The translations under genes and the position numbers were made by a program. Below are positions 1 through 9,200 of a DNA stretch of 64,000 nucleotides, one piece after another. This DNA is from an uncultured delta proteobacterium (GTDB lineage Bacteria; Myxococcota; Myxococcia; Myxococcales; Anaeromyxobacteraceae), in assembly GCA_963814585.1 (NCBI GenBank), contig CAWFDF010000004.1:320001-384000 (forward strand). The letters run 5' to 3'. Below the pieces are notes generated by a model, which was not told the DNA's origin, ran no database searches, and worked only from the letters and a program-made list of their open reading frames with translations. How positions within the stretch are numbered: position 1 is the stretch's first letter; each line of letters begins with the position of its first letter.

Positions 1-351
1 GACCAGGCGGATCACCGGACCCGTGGCGGTGAGAGCGAGGCCGTTGACGACCCAGAGCGGCCTGAAGCGCGCCACCCCCCCGGCGCCCTGGCGAGCCTCC
101 AGCCAGGAGCGGATGGGACCCTGGGAGGAGTCGGCGCGGCTCCGCAGCGCCTGGATGGCGGCGCGGCGGCGCGCCGCCCGGTCCCCGCCGACGGCGCCGA
201 GGTCGGCGCGGTCCCTCAGGTGCACCATCACCGGGAGCGTCTCCCCCCGTGGCAGTCCGGCCAGCGCCGCCTGGACCTCGGCGGAGAGCTCCCCGGCCGC
301 GGCCGGCAGCGCCACCGCCATCGCCACCAGCATCGCGATCTTCCTCGTCAT
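1..351 (-). CDS. Secreted protein, probably the N-terminus (signal peptide plus propeptide) of an S8 subtilase-family serine peptidase; runs off the window edge
   Basis: Not in the ORF track. Hand translation from ATG 351: MTRKIAMLVAMAVALPAAAG (signal) ...LPVMVHLRDRADL...SQGPIRSWL...FRPLWVVNGLALTATGPVIRLV, which resembles bacillopeptidase F-type propeptides. GGGGAGGGG RBS. Catalytic domain not visible. Confidence 0.6.
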   Translation of the reverse strand, partial: MTRKIAMLVAMAVALPAAAGELSAEVQAALAGLPRGETLPVMVHLRDRADLGAVGGDRAARRRAAIQALRSRADSSQGPIRSWLEARQGAGGVARFRPLWVVNGLALTATGPVIRLV

Positions 352-373
352 GGTCCGCCCCTCCCCGTCACCT

Positions 374-866
374 CTAGTTCGCCACCACCGGCTCCACCCG
401 GACGTCCCCGAAGGCCACGGCCACCCGGGTTCCCGGGTGGATGACGCTGCGTGCATTCGGGTAGAGGAGGAAGCAGGCGGCGTTCTTCTGGATGCGGACG
501 TTTCGCATCGCCCCGTGCGACGGGGCCTGGAGCTCGGACTCGCTCCCCTCCGCCATCAGGCGCGGCAGCTTCCCGTGTTCGGCGAGGATGGGGCGCGCCT
601 TGGCCGGGTCGAGGACGGTGAACCGGAAGTCCACCAGCCCCCCACCCCCGATCACGGCGATCCGGTCGATGCGGACCCCGTAGCTCGTCTCGAGCGTGGC
701 CGCCGAGATGGCCCTCCCGCTCGCCGGCACGGACGCCGGCGTCGCCTGGTCGGCCCGCGCGGAGCCGGGGGAGGACCGCCACCAGCGCGATGCCGAGGGT
801 GAGGGCCAGCCTGCCCAGGCGGGCGGCGTGCCCGGCCCTCCACCATCGGCTCGACGAACCTTGCAT
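374..866 (-). CDS. Small exported or membrane-anchored hypothetical protein of the copper-oxidase operon (one frameshift near 740-770)
   Basis: Hydrophobic N-terminus (LALTLGIALVAVL) in the 348..866 frame. Globular beta-rich C-terminus (GVRIDRIAVIGGGGLVDFRFTVLDPAKA...LLYPNARSVIHPG) in the 374..730 frame. Confidence 0.6.
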
Positions 867-875
867 CGCGCGCTC

Positions 876-3447
876 CTAGTTGACCGTGATGGTGACCGTG
901 GCCGGCGGCGTCACCTTGCCGTTCAGCAACTCGGTGTAGGTGAACGTGTAGGTCCCGCGCTTGGAGGCCGCCCGGGCGGCTCCGTTGGCCCCGACGCCGT
1001 TGAGCGTCACCCGGTACGCGCCGTTGGTGCAGACCGTGTTGCCGCCGATGGCCGGCGTGGCGCCGGTCCCCAGCCCGCCCGGGCAGGTCACCGTGATGGT
1101 CCCCGCGCCGGTGCCGGCAGTCCGCACCGGGGCGCTCGCCAGCCTGGCGGTGCGCCCGGCCGCTCCGACGGGCAGGTCATTGGCGAGCACGCCAGCGGCC
1201 GCGTTCGCGTCGCTGGTCTGCGTCGCGTTGTTGTTGGCCGTGATGGCCCGGGCGTCGTTCACGGCGCTCGGCACGGTCAGCGTCGCGCTGCGCACCGGGC
1301 TCCAGTTGCCGGCTCCGTCGCGCACCCGGGCACGCGACGGTGTGGACGCCACCGGTCGAGGCGCTGATCGTGGTGCTGGTCCCCGTGAACGAGGTGGCGT
1401 TCGCCGGAGGCGTGGTCGTCCCGTCGAACCAGTACTGGCCGCCGGTGACGCCGCTGGCGAGGCCTCCGACCAGCGGATCGGTGGCGCCGTTCGCCGTCAG
1501 GGTGACGGCCTCGGCGATGATGGCGGTGGTCGGCGACAGCGCGATGCTGGTGAGCGCCGGGGCCGCCTTGTCGATGAGCAGGGCGACCGAGCTGGTCGGG
1601 CCCCAGTTGCCGGCCGCGTCCTTGCCCCGGACGAGGATGGCGTGGTTGCCCACCGGGAGGGCGTTGATGGTCGAGAGCGGGATGTCGGCGGAGGCGGCCT
1701 CCGACAGGCTGCCGAAGATGCCGTCGACCGGGACGAACTGGAAGCCGGTCCCCGGGGCGCCGGCGGTGTCGATGAAGCCCTCGCCGGCGGCGATGCGGGA
1801 GGCCGCATCGGCCAGGGTGGCGGTGACGCGCACCACGGCGGTGTTCGAGTTCACGGCCTGGGCGCCGTTGTTCGGGTTGGGCGTGGCGATGACGCTGCTC
1901 GCGACGGGCCCGGTCTTGTCCACCAGGAGGCTGGCGGTGGCGAAGGCGCCCCAGTTGCCGAGGGCGTCCTGGCTGCGGACCGAGACCACGTGCGGGCCGG
2001 CCGGCAGGGCCGCGACGGTCGCGGCGGGGATGGTCCCGGTCAGGCTGGCGACGGGGTCCGCCGCGTTGACGGTCAGTGACGTTCCGGTCCCGGGAGCCGG
2101 CGCTCCGGCCGGATCGATGAAGTACTCGGCCGCGGCGATGTTGGCGTTGCCGGTGGCGCGATCGTCGCCCGTGGCGCTGACCGCCACGTTCGCCGAGCCG
2201 TTGCTCGGGTTGGGGGCCAGGACCAGGCCGGTGGTGGCGGGCCCGGTGACATCGACGGAGAACGCGATCGAACGGGCCGCGCCCCAGTTGCCGAGGTCAT
2301 CCTGGCCGTTCACCGAGACGACGTGGCTCCCTGGAGGCTGCGCCGGAAGGACCGCTCCCAGGGTCACCGCGCCGGCAGGCGTGGCGACCGGCATGCCGAC
2401 CGGGCGTGCCCGAGTCGACCCAGTACTGCGCCGCCGTCACGGTTCGACCAGCGCCGGCCGCGATCGTGGCCGTCAACTGGCTGGCCAGGAGCGAGAGCGC
2501 CGTGACGGTCGGGGCCGGCCGCGGGCGGCGTCCCGCCCACCGAGAGGAAGGTGAGCATCCCGCCGAAGCCCTGGGCGCGGTTGTTGAACAGGTTCAGGCT
2601 GCCGTCCATCAGGGCGAACTGGCCGGTGGCGCCGGCCGGGACCGTGGCGATCGCGTCCATGGTCTGCCCGGGGGCGATGGTCTCCGCCACGCGGAGGCCG
2701 GGATGGGTGAGCGGGCTGCCGTCCTTGGCCACCACGGCCTGCTGCATGCCGAGCATGGTCATCGAGTGGTGCTGGACCCCCGCGTTGAGGTAGCGGAGCA
2801 GGACCTTGTTGCCGGCCGAGGCTCGCGATGGGCGCGGTGCCCGGGTAGGCCTTTCCGTTGATGAGGAAGTACTTGGGCGCGAAGTTCCGCATGTCGAAGG
2901 TGGCCGGGTTCGCCCTGCCGTTGAGCGCCGGGTCGAGCTCGGAGAGCACCAGCACGGCCTCGTCGTCGTAGGCCGTGGCCGCGGTGCCGTAGGCCTGGGG
3001 CGGGATCGTGGCCGGCGGCCGCACGATGAGCGCACCGTGGAGCCCCATGGCCACCTGGTGCTGCGAGTTGGGGAGCGGGCCGGCCTCGTAGAGGAAGGTG
3101 CCGGGGTTGGTCGCCGTGAAGGTGTAGGAGATCGAGCCGGCGGCGGCCGCGCCCACCGTGTCGGGGACCAGCGCCTGACCCTGGAAGAGGAGCCCGGTCG
3201 GCTCGCCCAGGAGGTTGTGGAGCGTGACGGTCACGACGTCTCCCTGGGCGACGTCGAGGACCGGGCCACCGGGCGGCGATGACGGTCGCGTCGGCGGTCC
3301 GAGGTGTAGCCCAGGACAGGGAAGGACCTCGTGTCCGGCAGCGTGGTCGAGCCGCTCCTTGGCGTAGAGGTCGAAGGTTGCCGCCTGTGCCGCCCCCGCC
3401 AGGAGCAGGAGGCCGAGTCCAAAGGCGTGCCGTAGGTAGGTGGTCAT
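876..3447 (-). CDS. Multicopper-oxidase-like protein A: signal peptide, two cupredoxin domains lacking most Cu ligands, tandem Ig-like repeats and a C-terminal Ig/cadherin-like domain (several frameshifts)
   Basis: Stitched from ORFs 2473..3588, 2364..3035, 1177..2394 and 876..1352. MTTYLRHAFGLGLLLLAGAAQA signal; GPVLDVAQGDVVTVTLHN, PGTFLYEAG..HQVAMGLHG, YFLINGKAYP, LLRYLNAG; repeated AEYFID..PGTG and QDxxGNWG units; GVLAND motif. Confidence 0.75.
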
Positions 3448-3461
3448 GGCGAGCTCCGGTG

Positions 3462-4766
3462 CTACGGGCAGTCGTTCGGCAGCGGGGGATCGATCCGGAG
3501 GTAGGTGACCGGTCCGGACATGACCACGCCCCAGGAGGTGATCTGATACAGGGCGTGGTTGTGGGAGATGATGTAGAACTCGCCGCACTGGTTGAGCGTG
3601 TTGGTGCCGGGCGGGAGCGGCCCCTTCTCACCCAGGTAGGGGCTCCCGCTGTAGAACATCCCGGGCACCAGGTTGGCGACGTTGCTGGTGACGACCGGGA
3701 TCGGGTTCGTCACCGGCGAGTAGCCCTCGGCGTCCCGCCACTTGAAGCTGACGTCCCAGGTCTGGCCGGGGCCGATGTTGATGGCGAACTTCTCGAAGGA
3801 GAGGTCCTGGCCCGCCGAGCCCTCGAGCGGCCAGCCGTCCCGGCCGATGACCAGGCCGTTGTTGCCGTGCGGATGGAAGGGGTAGTTCTCGCTCCCGACG
3901 CTGAGGTAGCGGATCAGGCCCGGGTCCGGGTGGTAGCTCGGATCGCCGGGCGCGGCGGTGTTCATCTCGTGGATCCGCGCCAGGGCCCCGTAGGGCTGGC
4001 TCGGCAGCCAGGAGGCGAAGTTGTCGGCGATGGTGTCGGGGAAGCCACGGCCGTTCACCATCCAGTAGCGCGGATGGTAGAGGGTGATGTTGAAGGGCTG
4101 CCCCGCCTCCGCCGCCTGGTGCTGGTACGGATCGATCTCCGAGAGCAGCACCATGAACTCCTCGCCCAGCGTGAATTTGCTGTCGGGCCGGTCGTAGGCC
4201 TGCTCGGGGCTCCCGGCCGGCCGCACCACCAGCGCGCCGAAGTACCCCATGCGGACCTGCTTCTGGGGCTCGGTGCCGCTCTGGTACAGGAAGGTGCCGG
4301 GCCGGCTGGCCACGAAGCTGTAGGTGACGCTCCCCCCGTTCCTGGGCGCGACGTTGGTCAGCGAGGTGAGCTTGCCGGTGGCGTCGAACTGGGGCTGGGC
4401 CGGGGCCCCGTCGGCCAGGACGCCCTCCTGGCCGGGGAAGACGATGGAGACGTCCTCGGGGGAGCCGTTCTGCAGGTTGATCGTGACCGTCTCACCCGCG
4501 GTGACGCACAGCACCGGGCCGGGGTGCTGGAACGGCTGCCCCGCCGCGGTGTAGCCCAGCATGTACATGGTGTTGCCGTCCGGGAGGTTGATGTACCCGG
4601 CGCTGGTGGACAGGTTGAAGCTCGGGCCGGTGGTGCAGGCGATGCCCACCGCCGGCGCCTGGGCAGCTGCCGGAGGGGCGTGGGCGGCCAGGGCCGCCGC
4701 CCCGGCCGCCAGGCCCAGCTTGACCGCGACGACCCACCGCATTCCCTTGGTCCGCTGTGCGCGCAT
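3462..4766 (-). CDS. Multicopper-oxidase-like protein B: two cupredoxin domains, with HxH motifs only in domain 2
   Basis: Intact 434-aa ORF. Signal peptide; PGPVLCVTAGETVTINLQN, PGTFLYQSG..QVRMG, WMVNGRGFPDT, YPFHPHG, ISHNH. Confidence 0.85.
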   Translation of the reverse strand: MRAQRTKGMRWVVAVKLGLAAGAAALAAHAPPAAAQAPAVGIACTTGPSFNLSTSAGYINLPDGNTMYMLGYTAAGQPFQHPGPVLCVTAGETVTINLQNGSPEDVSIVFPGQEGVLADGAPAQPQFDATGKLTSLTNVAPRNGGSVTYSFVASRPGTFLYQSGTEPQKQVRMGYFGALVVRPAGSPEQAYDRPDSKFTLGEEFMVLLSEIDPYQHQAAEAGQPFNITLYHPRYWMVNGRGFPDTIADNFASWLPSQPYGALARIHEMNTAAPGDPSYHPDPGLIRYLSVGSENYPFHPHGNNGLVIGRDGWPLEGSAGQDLSFEKFAINIGPGQTWDVSFKWRDAEGYSPVTNPIPVVTSNVANLVPGMFYSGSPYLGEKGPLPPGTNTLNQCGEFYIISHNHALYQITSWGVVMSGPVTYLRIDPPLPNDCP

Positions 4767-4785
4767 GGTCTCTTCTCCTTGCGAA

Positions 4786-6142
4786 CTAGGTGTTGGGGAG
4801 CAGCTGGGCCGGGAGCGTGCCCGCCGGGTAGACCCGCACTTCCGTGCGCTGCCCGCCGAAGCCGCCGGCCAGGTTGTTCGAGCGCTCGAAGGCGCGGTTG
4901 TAGAGGAGGTAGGTGTCCGGCCCCGGGTTGCCGCTGTGCGGCGGCGCCGTGAAGATGGCGTCGACGCTCTCGCCGGCGCCGAACGACACGGTGCTGGCCT
5001 CGTAGCTGGTGTCGGTCCCGTCGCGCCCCCGCATCGGCGTGGCGTCCTTGCCGACCACCCTCATCTTGATCCCGGCCAGCGTCATGGACGACTCCTTGAA
5101 GCCCAGGTTGGCGAAGCGCAGGAGCACGCGCTCGCCGGCGTTGCAGGTCACCAGGGCCGAGAGCGGCTGGTACTGGAGATCGGGGCGTCCGGCCGGGGCG
5201 ATCAGGTCGCCATCGGGGGCGCGCACCATCGAGAGGGTGTTCCTGGACCTGGCCGGATCCGGGTCGATCGGCGCATTGGGCGCCAGCGTGTCCGGGTAGA
5301 CCCGGCCGTTGAGGAGGGCGAAGTCGACGTGGTAGTCGCTCCACTCCGGGAGCTGGATGTGGGCGTCGGCCCAGTGCGCCTCGGCCCAGATCTCCGAGAG
5401 GAACATGGCGAACTCGCGGTGGTAGCCGGTGGATCCGTCGCCGTCGTTGTAGGCGAACCTGGTGAAGCCGCCGAAGCTCTGGCCATCCTGCAGCGGCCGC
5501 ACGAAGACGGGGCCGGTCATCCCCATGTGGACGTGCTCCACGTCCTCCACGTGGCAGTGGAACATGTAGGTCCCGGGCTCGCGCGGGCGGTAGACGTAGG
5601 TGAAGAAGCGCCCGGCGGGCACCGACGACCGAGCCGGTCGGCTCGCCGTCGAAGAACGGGATGACGTTGCGGAAGCCGTGCCAGTGGACGGTGTGCTCGT
5701 CGAACAGGTCCGGCCGGATCGCCAGCCCCAGGTTGGTGAGCTGGATCTTGAAGTCCTTCGGGCTGGCCGGGTTGAACTGGTCCACCCAGAACATCGGCGC
5801 CGAGTGCTGGGCCCGGCTCTTCTGGCCGGACACCAGGGTGGCGTCCAGGCCGGTGACGTCCCGGAAGCCGAAGATGTAGGTGGTGAACGGGGCGGGGGCG
5901 AGGTTGTCCGGGTGGAACACGCCGATCGGCGGTGACGCCGGCAGCGAGATCCAGCCGTCGGTCCCGGCCAGGAAGAGGTCGTAGGGCTCGGCGGCGGCGG
6001 CGGTCCCCACCCCGGCCGGCAGGAGCGCCTTCCTGAGGAAGCCCGGCATCAGGCCGACCCCGGCCGACGCCACCAGCGCCCCGCCTGCACCCTTGAGGAA
6101 GCTCCGCCGGTCGAACAGCTTGCCAGGTGACTTTCCGCTCAT
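4786..6142 (-). CDS. Tat-exported multicopper-oxidase protein C with a type-1 Cu site in domain 1 (one frameshift near 5625)
   Basis: DRRSFLK twin-arginine signal; EHTVHWHG; YMFHCHVEDVEHVHMGM; second cupredoxin domain (LLNGRVYP, LLRFANLG) without His motifs. Confidence 0.85.
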
Positions 6143-6195
6143 GACGCGTCTCCTTTGGATACCGAAGGTCCTGATGCAGGGATGGTTCGAGGTGG

Positions 6196-6231
6196 AGGGA
6201 GGGGGCGAGGGACGGGCCCCCACCCCCTCCC
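6196..6231 (-). terminator. Intergenic GC-rich stem-loop between the giant gene and protein C
   Basis: Minus strand GGGAGGGGGTGGGGG...CCCTCGCCCCCTCCC can pair. No U-tract, so it may be an mRNA stability element rather than a terminator. Confidence 0.35.
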
Positions 6232-6239
6232 GCCTTCCG

Positions 6240-9200
6240 TCAGGGGACGGCCCCTCCCCGGAAGTCGTCGGCGCGGGCGCCCGCCGGGAGCTGGAGGCCG
6301 ACGCGGCCGCCTCCCGTGGAGTTCGACAGGTTCGAGCGTCCGAGGTAGGTGGTGACCGACGCGGCGGTCGTCCGCCACACGTCCACCGAGCCGTCCACGT
6401 TGGCGACCGCCGTGAGCGTGTCCCCCGTGGCGAAGGCTCCCGCCAGCGTCCCCAGCGTCGCGAAGTTCGGGGTTGCGGTGTTCCCGGTGGTGGTCCTCCG
6501 GACCAGCACCTGGCCCCCATTGGCCGGCTGGTACTGGACCCGGAGGTAGTTGGCCGGGTTGTTCGCCGTGCCAGCCCCGTTCGTCACCTTCAGGAGGAGG
6601 CTCTCGCCGCCGGATGGCGCCGTCCGGAACGTGAAGGCCGCGCCCTGCCTGGTGCCGAAGTTCGGGGAAGGCCCGGCCCAGTTCGCCTGGCCGGCGAGGA
6701 GTGCATAGGCCTGGCTGGCGTTGACCCGGATCGACGCCGCGCCGAGGACCGTCACCTGGTTCCAGTTTCCACCGAGGTTGTTCGAGTTGGCCCGGCTGAA
6801 GGCGTCGAGGACGGCCAGCGTGGGAAGGATCGGCGCTGGAGGAGGCGGCGGGGTGACCTGGCCAAGCTCGTCCGCGCCGACGTCGTAGCTGCCGCCGGCC
6901 GGCCGGGGCTGGCCGTCGATGTCGAACGCGGGGGCGGCAACCGTGGTGGCCCCGACCGTCTTGCTCGCCGCTCCGGCGTTGACGGCCGGCGAGGTGTCCT
7001 TGAGGTGGTAGTTGCCCATCAGGGTTGGCGGGACGTCCACCGCCACCAGGATGGCGCCGATGAAGGCGGGGTTGTTCCGCCAGACGTTGAAGCTCACCGA
7101 GGCGTCGTAGGTGGCGACCACGGCCGGGTCGACGCCGACCTGGTTGGTGGGGCTGGCGTTGGTGCCCGTGCTCGACTGCAGCACCGAGCTGGTGGGGGAG
7201 AGCAGCCCCGAGGCGTCGGAGGCGCCCATGTCCCAGGTGCTGATCGGGCTGGCGTCCCCGGTGATGCCAAGGCCCGTCACCGTGCTCCCGGCCCGGGTCC
7301 CGGCCCGGTTGTCCCAGAAGATGTTGTTGAACTGGAGCGGGTCGCTGAAGATGGGCGAGCCTGCCGGCAGCGTGCCCTGCAGCAGGACGCTGTTCTCCGA
7401 GGTGGAGAGGCCGGCCGGGGCCGCCGAGCCGCTGCTGGTGACGGCGGTGGCGGTGGTGAGGTTCTTCATCACGGTGTTGTTGAAGAACCGGACGGCGGGC
7501 GTGTCGTTGAGGCTGACGCCGCCGCCCTCGTGGGTGGAGACGTTGTTCACGATGAAGTTGTTGTAGACGTTCATCGGGAAGTTGCCGGCCATGAGGAACC
7601 GGATGCCGCCGCCGTCGTCGTTGGCGAGGTTGGCCTGGATGACGTTGTCGTGGATGTCCACCGGCCCCGAGCCCGGCGAGAGGACGGTCGGGCTGGACGG
7701 GAGCTGGCCGGCGATCATGATGCCGCCGCCCTCGTCGTAGGACTTGTTGAAGTAGACGCGGTTGTGGTGGATCTGGCCGCCGGGGCTGAGGCCGTAGGCG
7801 GTCAGGCCGCCGCCGTACTCGGCCGAGAAGTTGCCGCAGACGTCGTTGCCCGCCACCTCGTAGCCGTCGGCGCCGGCGAAGAGGCCGATGCCGCCGGCCA
7901 GGTTGGTCCCGCCGTTGGCGATGATGCGGTTGCTGGCGATGCGGACGCCCTCGTTGTGGTTGCTGGTGTCGGGCGCCGGCAGGTCCGGCGTCCCCACGCG
8001 GATGGTGCCGTAGGCGCCGCCGTTGTTCTGGACCACGTTGTTGGTGATCTGCAGGTTGCGGGCGTAGCCGTTGGCGAAGATCGCCCCGCCCTGGGTGATG
8101 AGCCCGCCCGGCTGGCCGGTGGGGCCGCCGCCGATGACGTTGATGTTGCCGGGGAAGCCCTGCTGGTCGCCGCCACGCAGGTCGAAGCCGTCGATGGAGG
8201 GCGCCGAGGCGGCGCTGAAGGCGGTCGGGAAGGCGTTGCGCCCGGTGGCGGGCACGAAGATCGAGATGACCGCGCCGTCGTAGATGGTCTGGTTGCCAGC
8301 CCAGGTCAGGGACAGGATCTTCGTGTACCAGTCGGCGGCCACCGGGCCGTCGCCGGCGAAGGCGCCGCCGTCGATGATCGAGCCGCGCACCGAGCCGTCG
8401 GGGCTGCCCGGGCCGACGCCCTGCAGCTTGACCTTGCTGGCGACGATGAGGTTCTCGTAGTAGGCCCCGCGTGGGTTCTGCCGAGGGTCGGCGCTGGGGA
8501 GGTTCGGGTAGACGACCACCAGGGCGCCCCGGTTGGCGTTCCCGTTCGACGCCGCGACGAACGTGGCCGCCGCGTCCAGGGCCCGCTGGATGGCGTGATT
8601 GGCCGCGGCCGGGAGCGAGTCGGCCGGCGCGTAGGTCCTGCCGGGGCCCACCTCGAAGATGGCCGGGTTGTAGCGCTGAGCCGTGGGGCCCGTCGTCTTG
8701 ATGACGTGGAAGGTGAGGCCGTTCACCGTGGCCTGCCCGTTGGCGGCGGTGACCCTGAGCTGCTGCGGGCCTCCGGGCGTGCTGCCGGGGACGGTCACCT
8801 GGATTTGCCCGTCGTTCCACGAGGTCGTCGGCAGGTTGACGCCGTTCAGCGTGACCTGGCCGGTGTCCTTGATGGCGCCGAAGCCCCGTCCCTGGATCGT
8901 GAAGGAGCGGTCCGTGTTGTTGCTGACGTTGGCGTGGGGCTGGGACACCGCGAAGAGCTGCGGCGTGGCCGCGTCGAGCGCGCAGCTCACGCTGTTGGTC
9001 TGCCCGCCGGGGAGCTGGACCACCACGCCCACCTGCGTCGGCGCCAGGTCGGCCGGCACGATGAGGCCGGGGATGGCCTCGAACTCGGCGGCGATGGTGC
9101 GGAACTCCGGCCGGTAGTTGGTGTTGAGGCGGCCCGGGACGCCCGGGTCGTTGCCGACCATCCGGTAGACGTTGGCGCAGACGCCGGACGGCGTGGGGCA

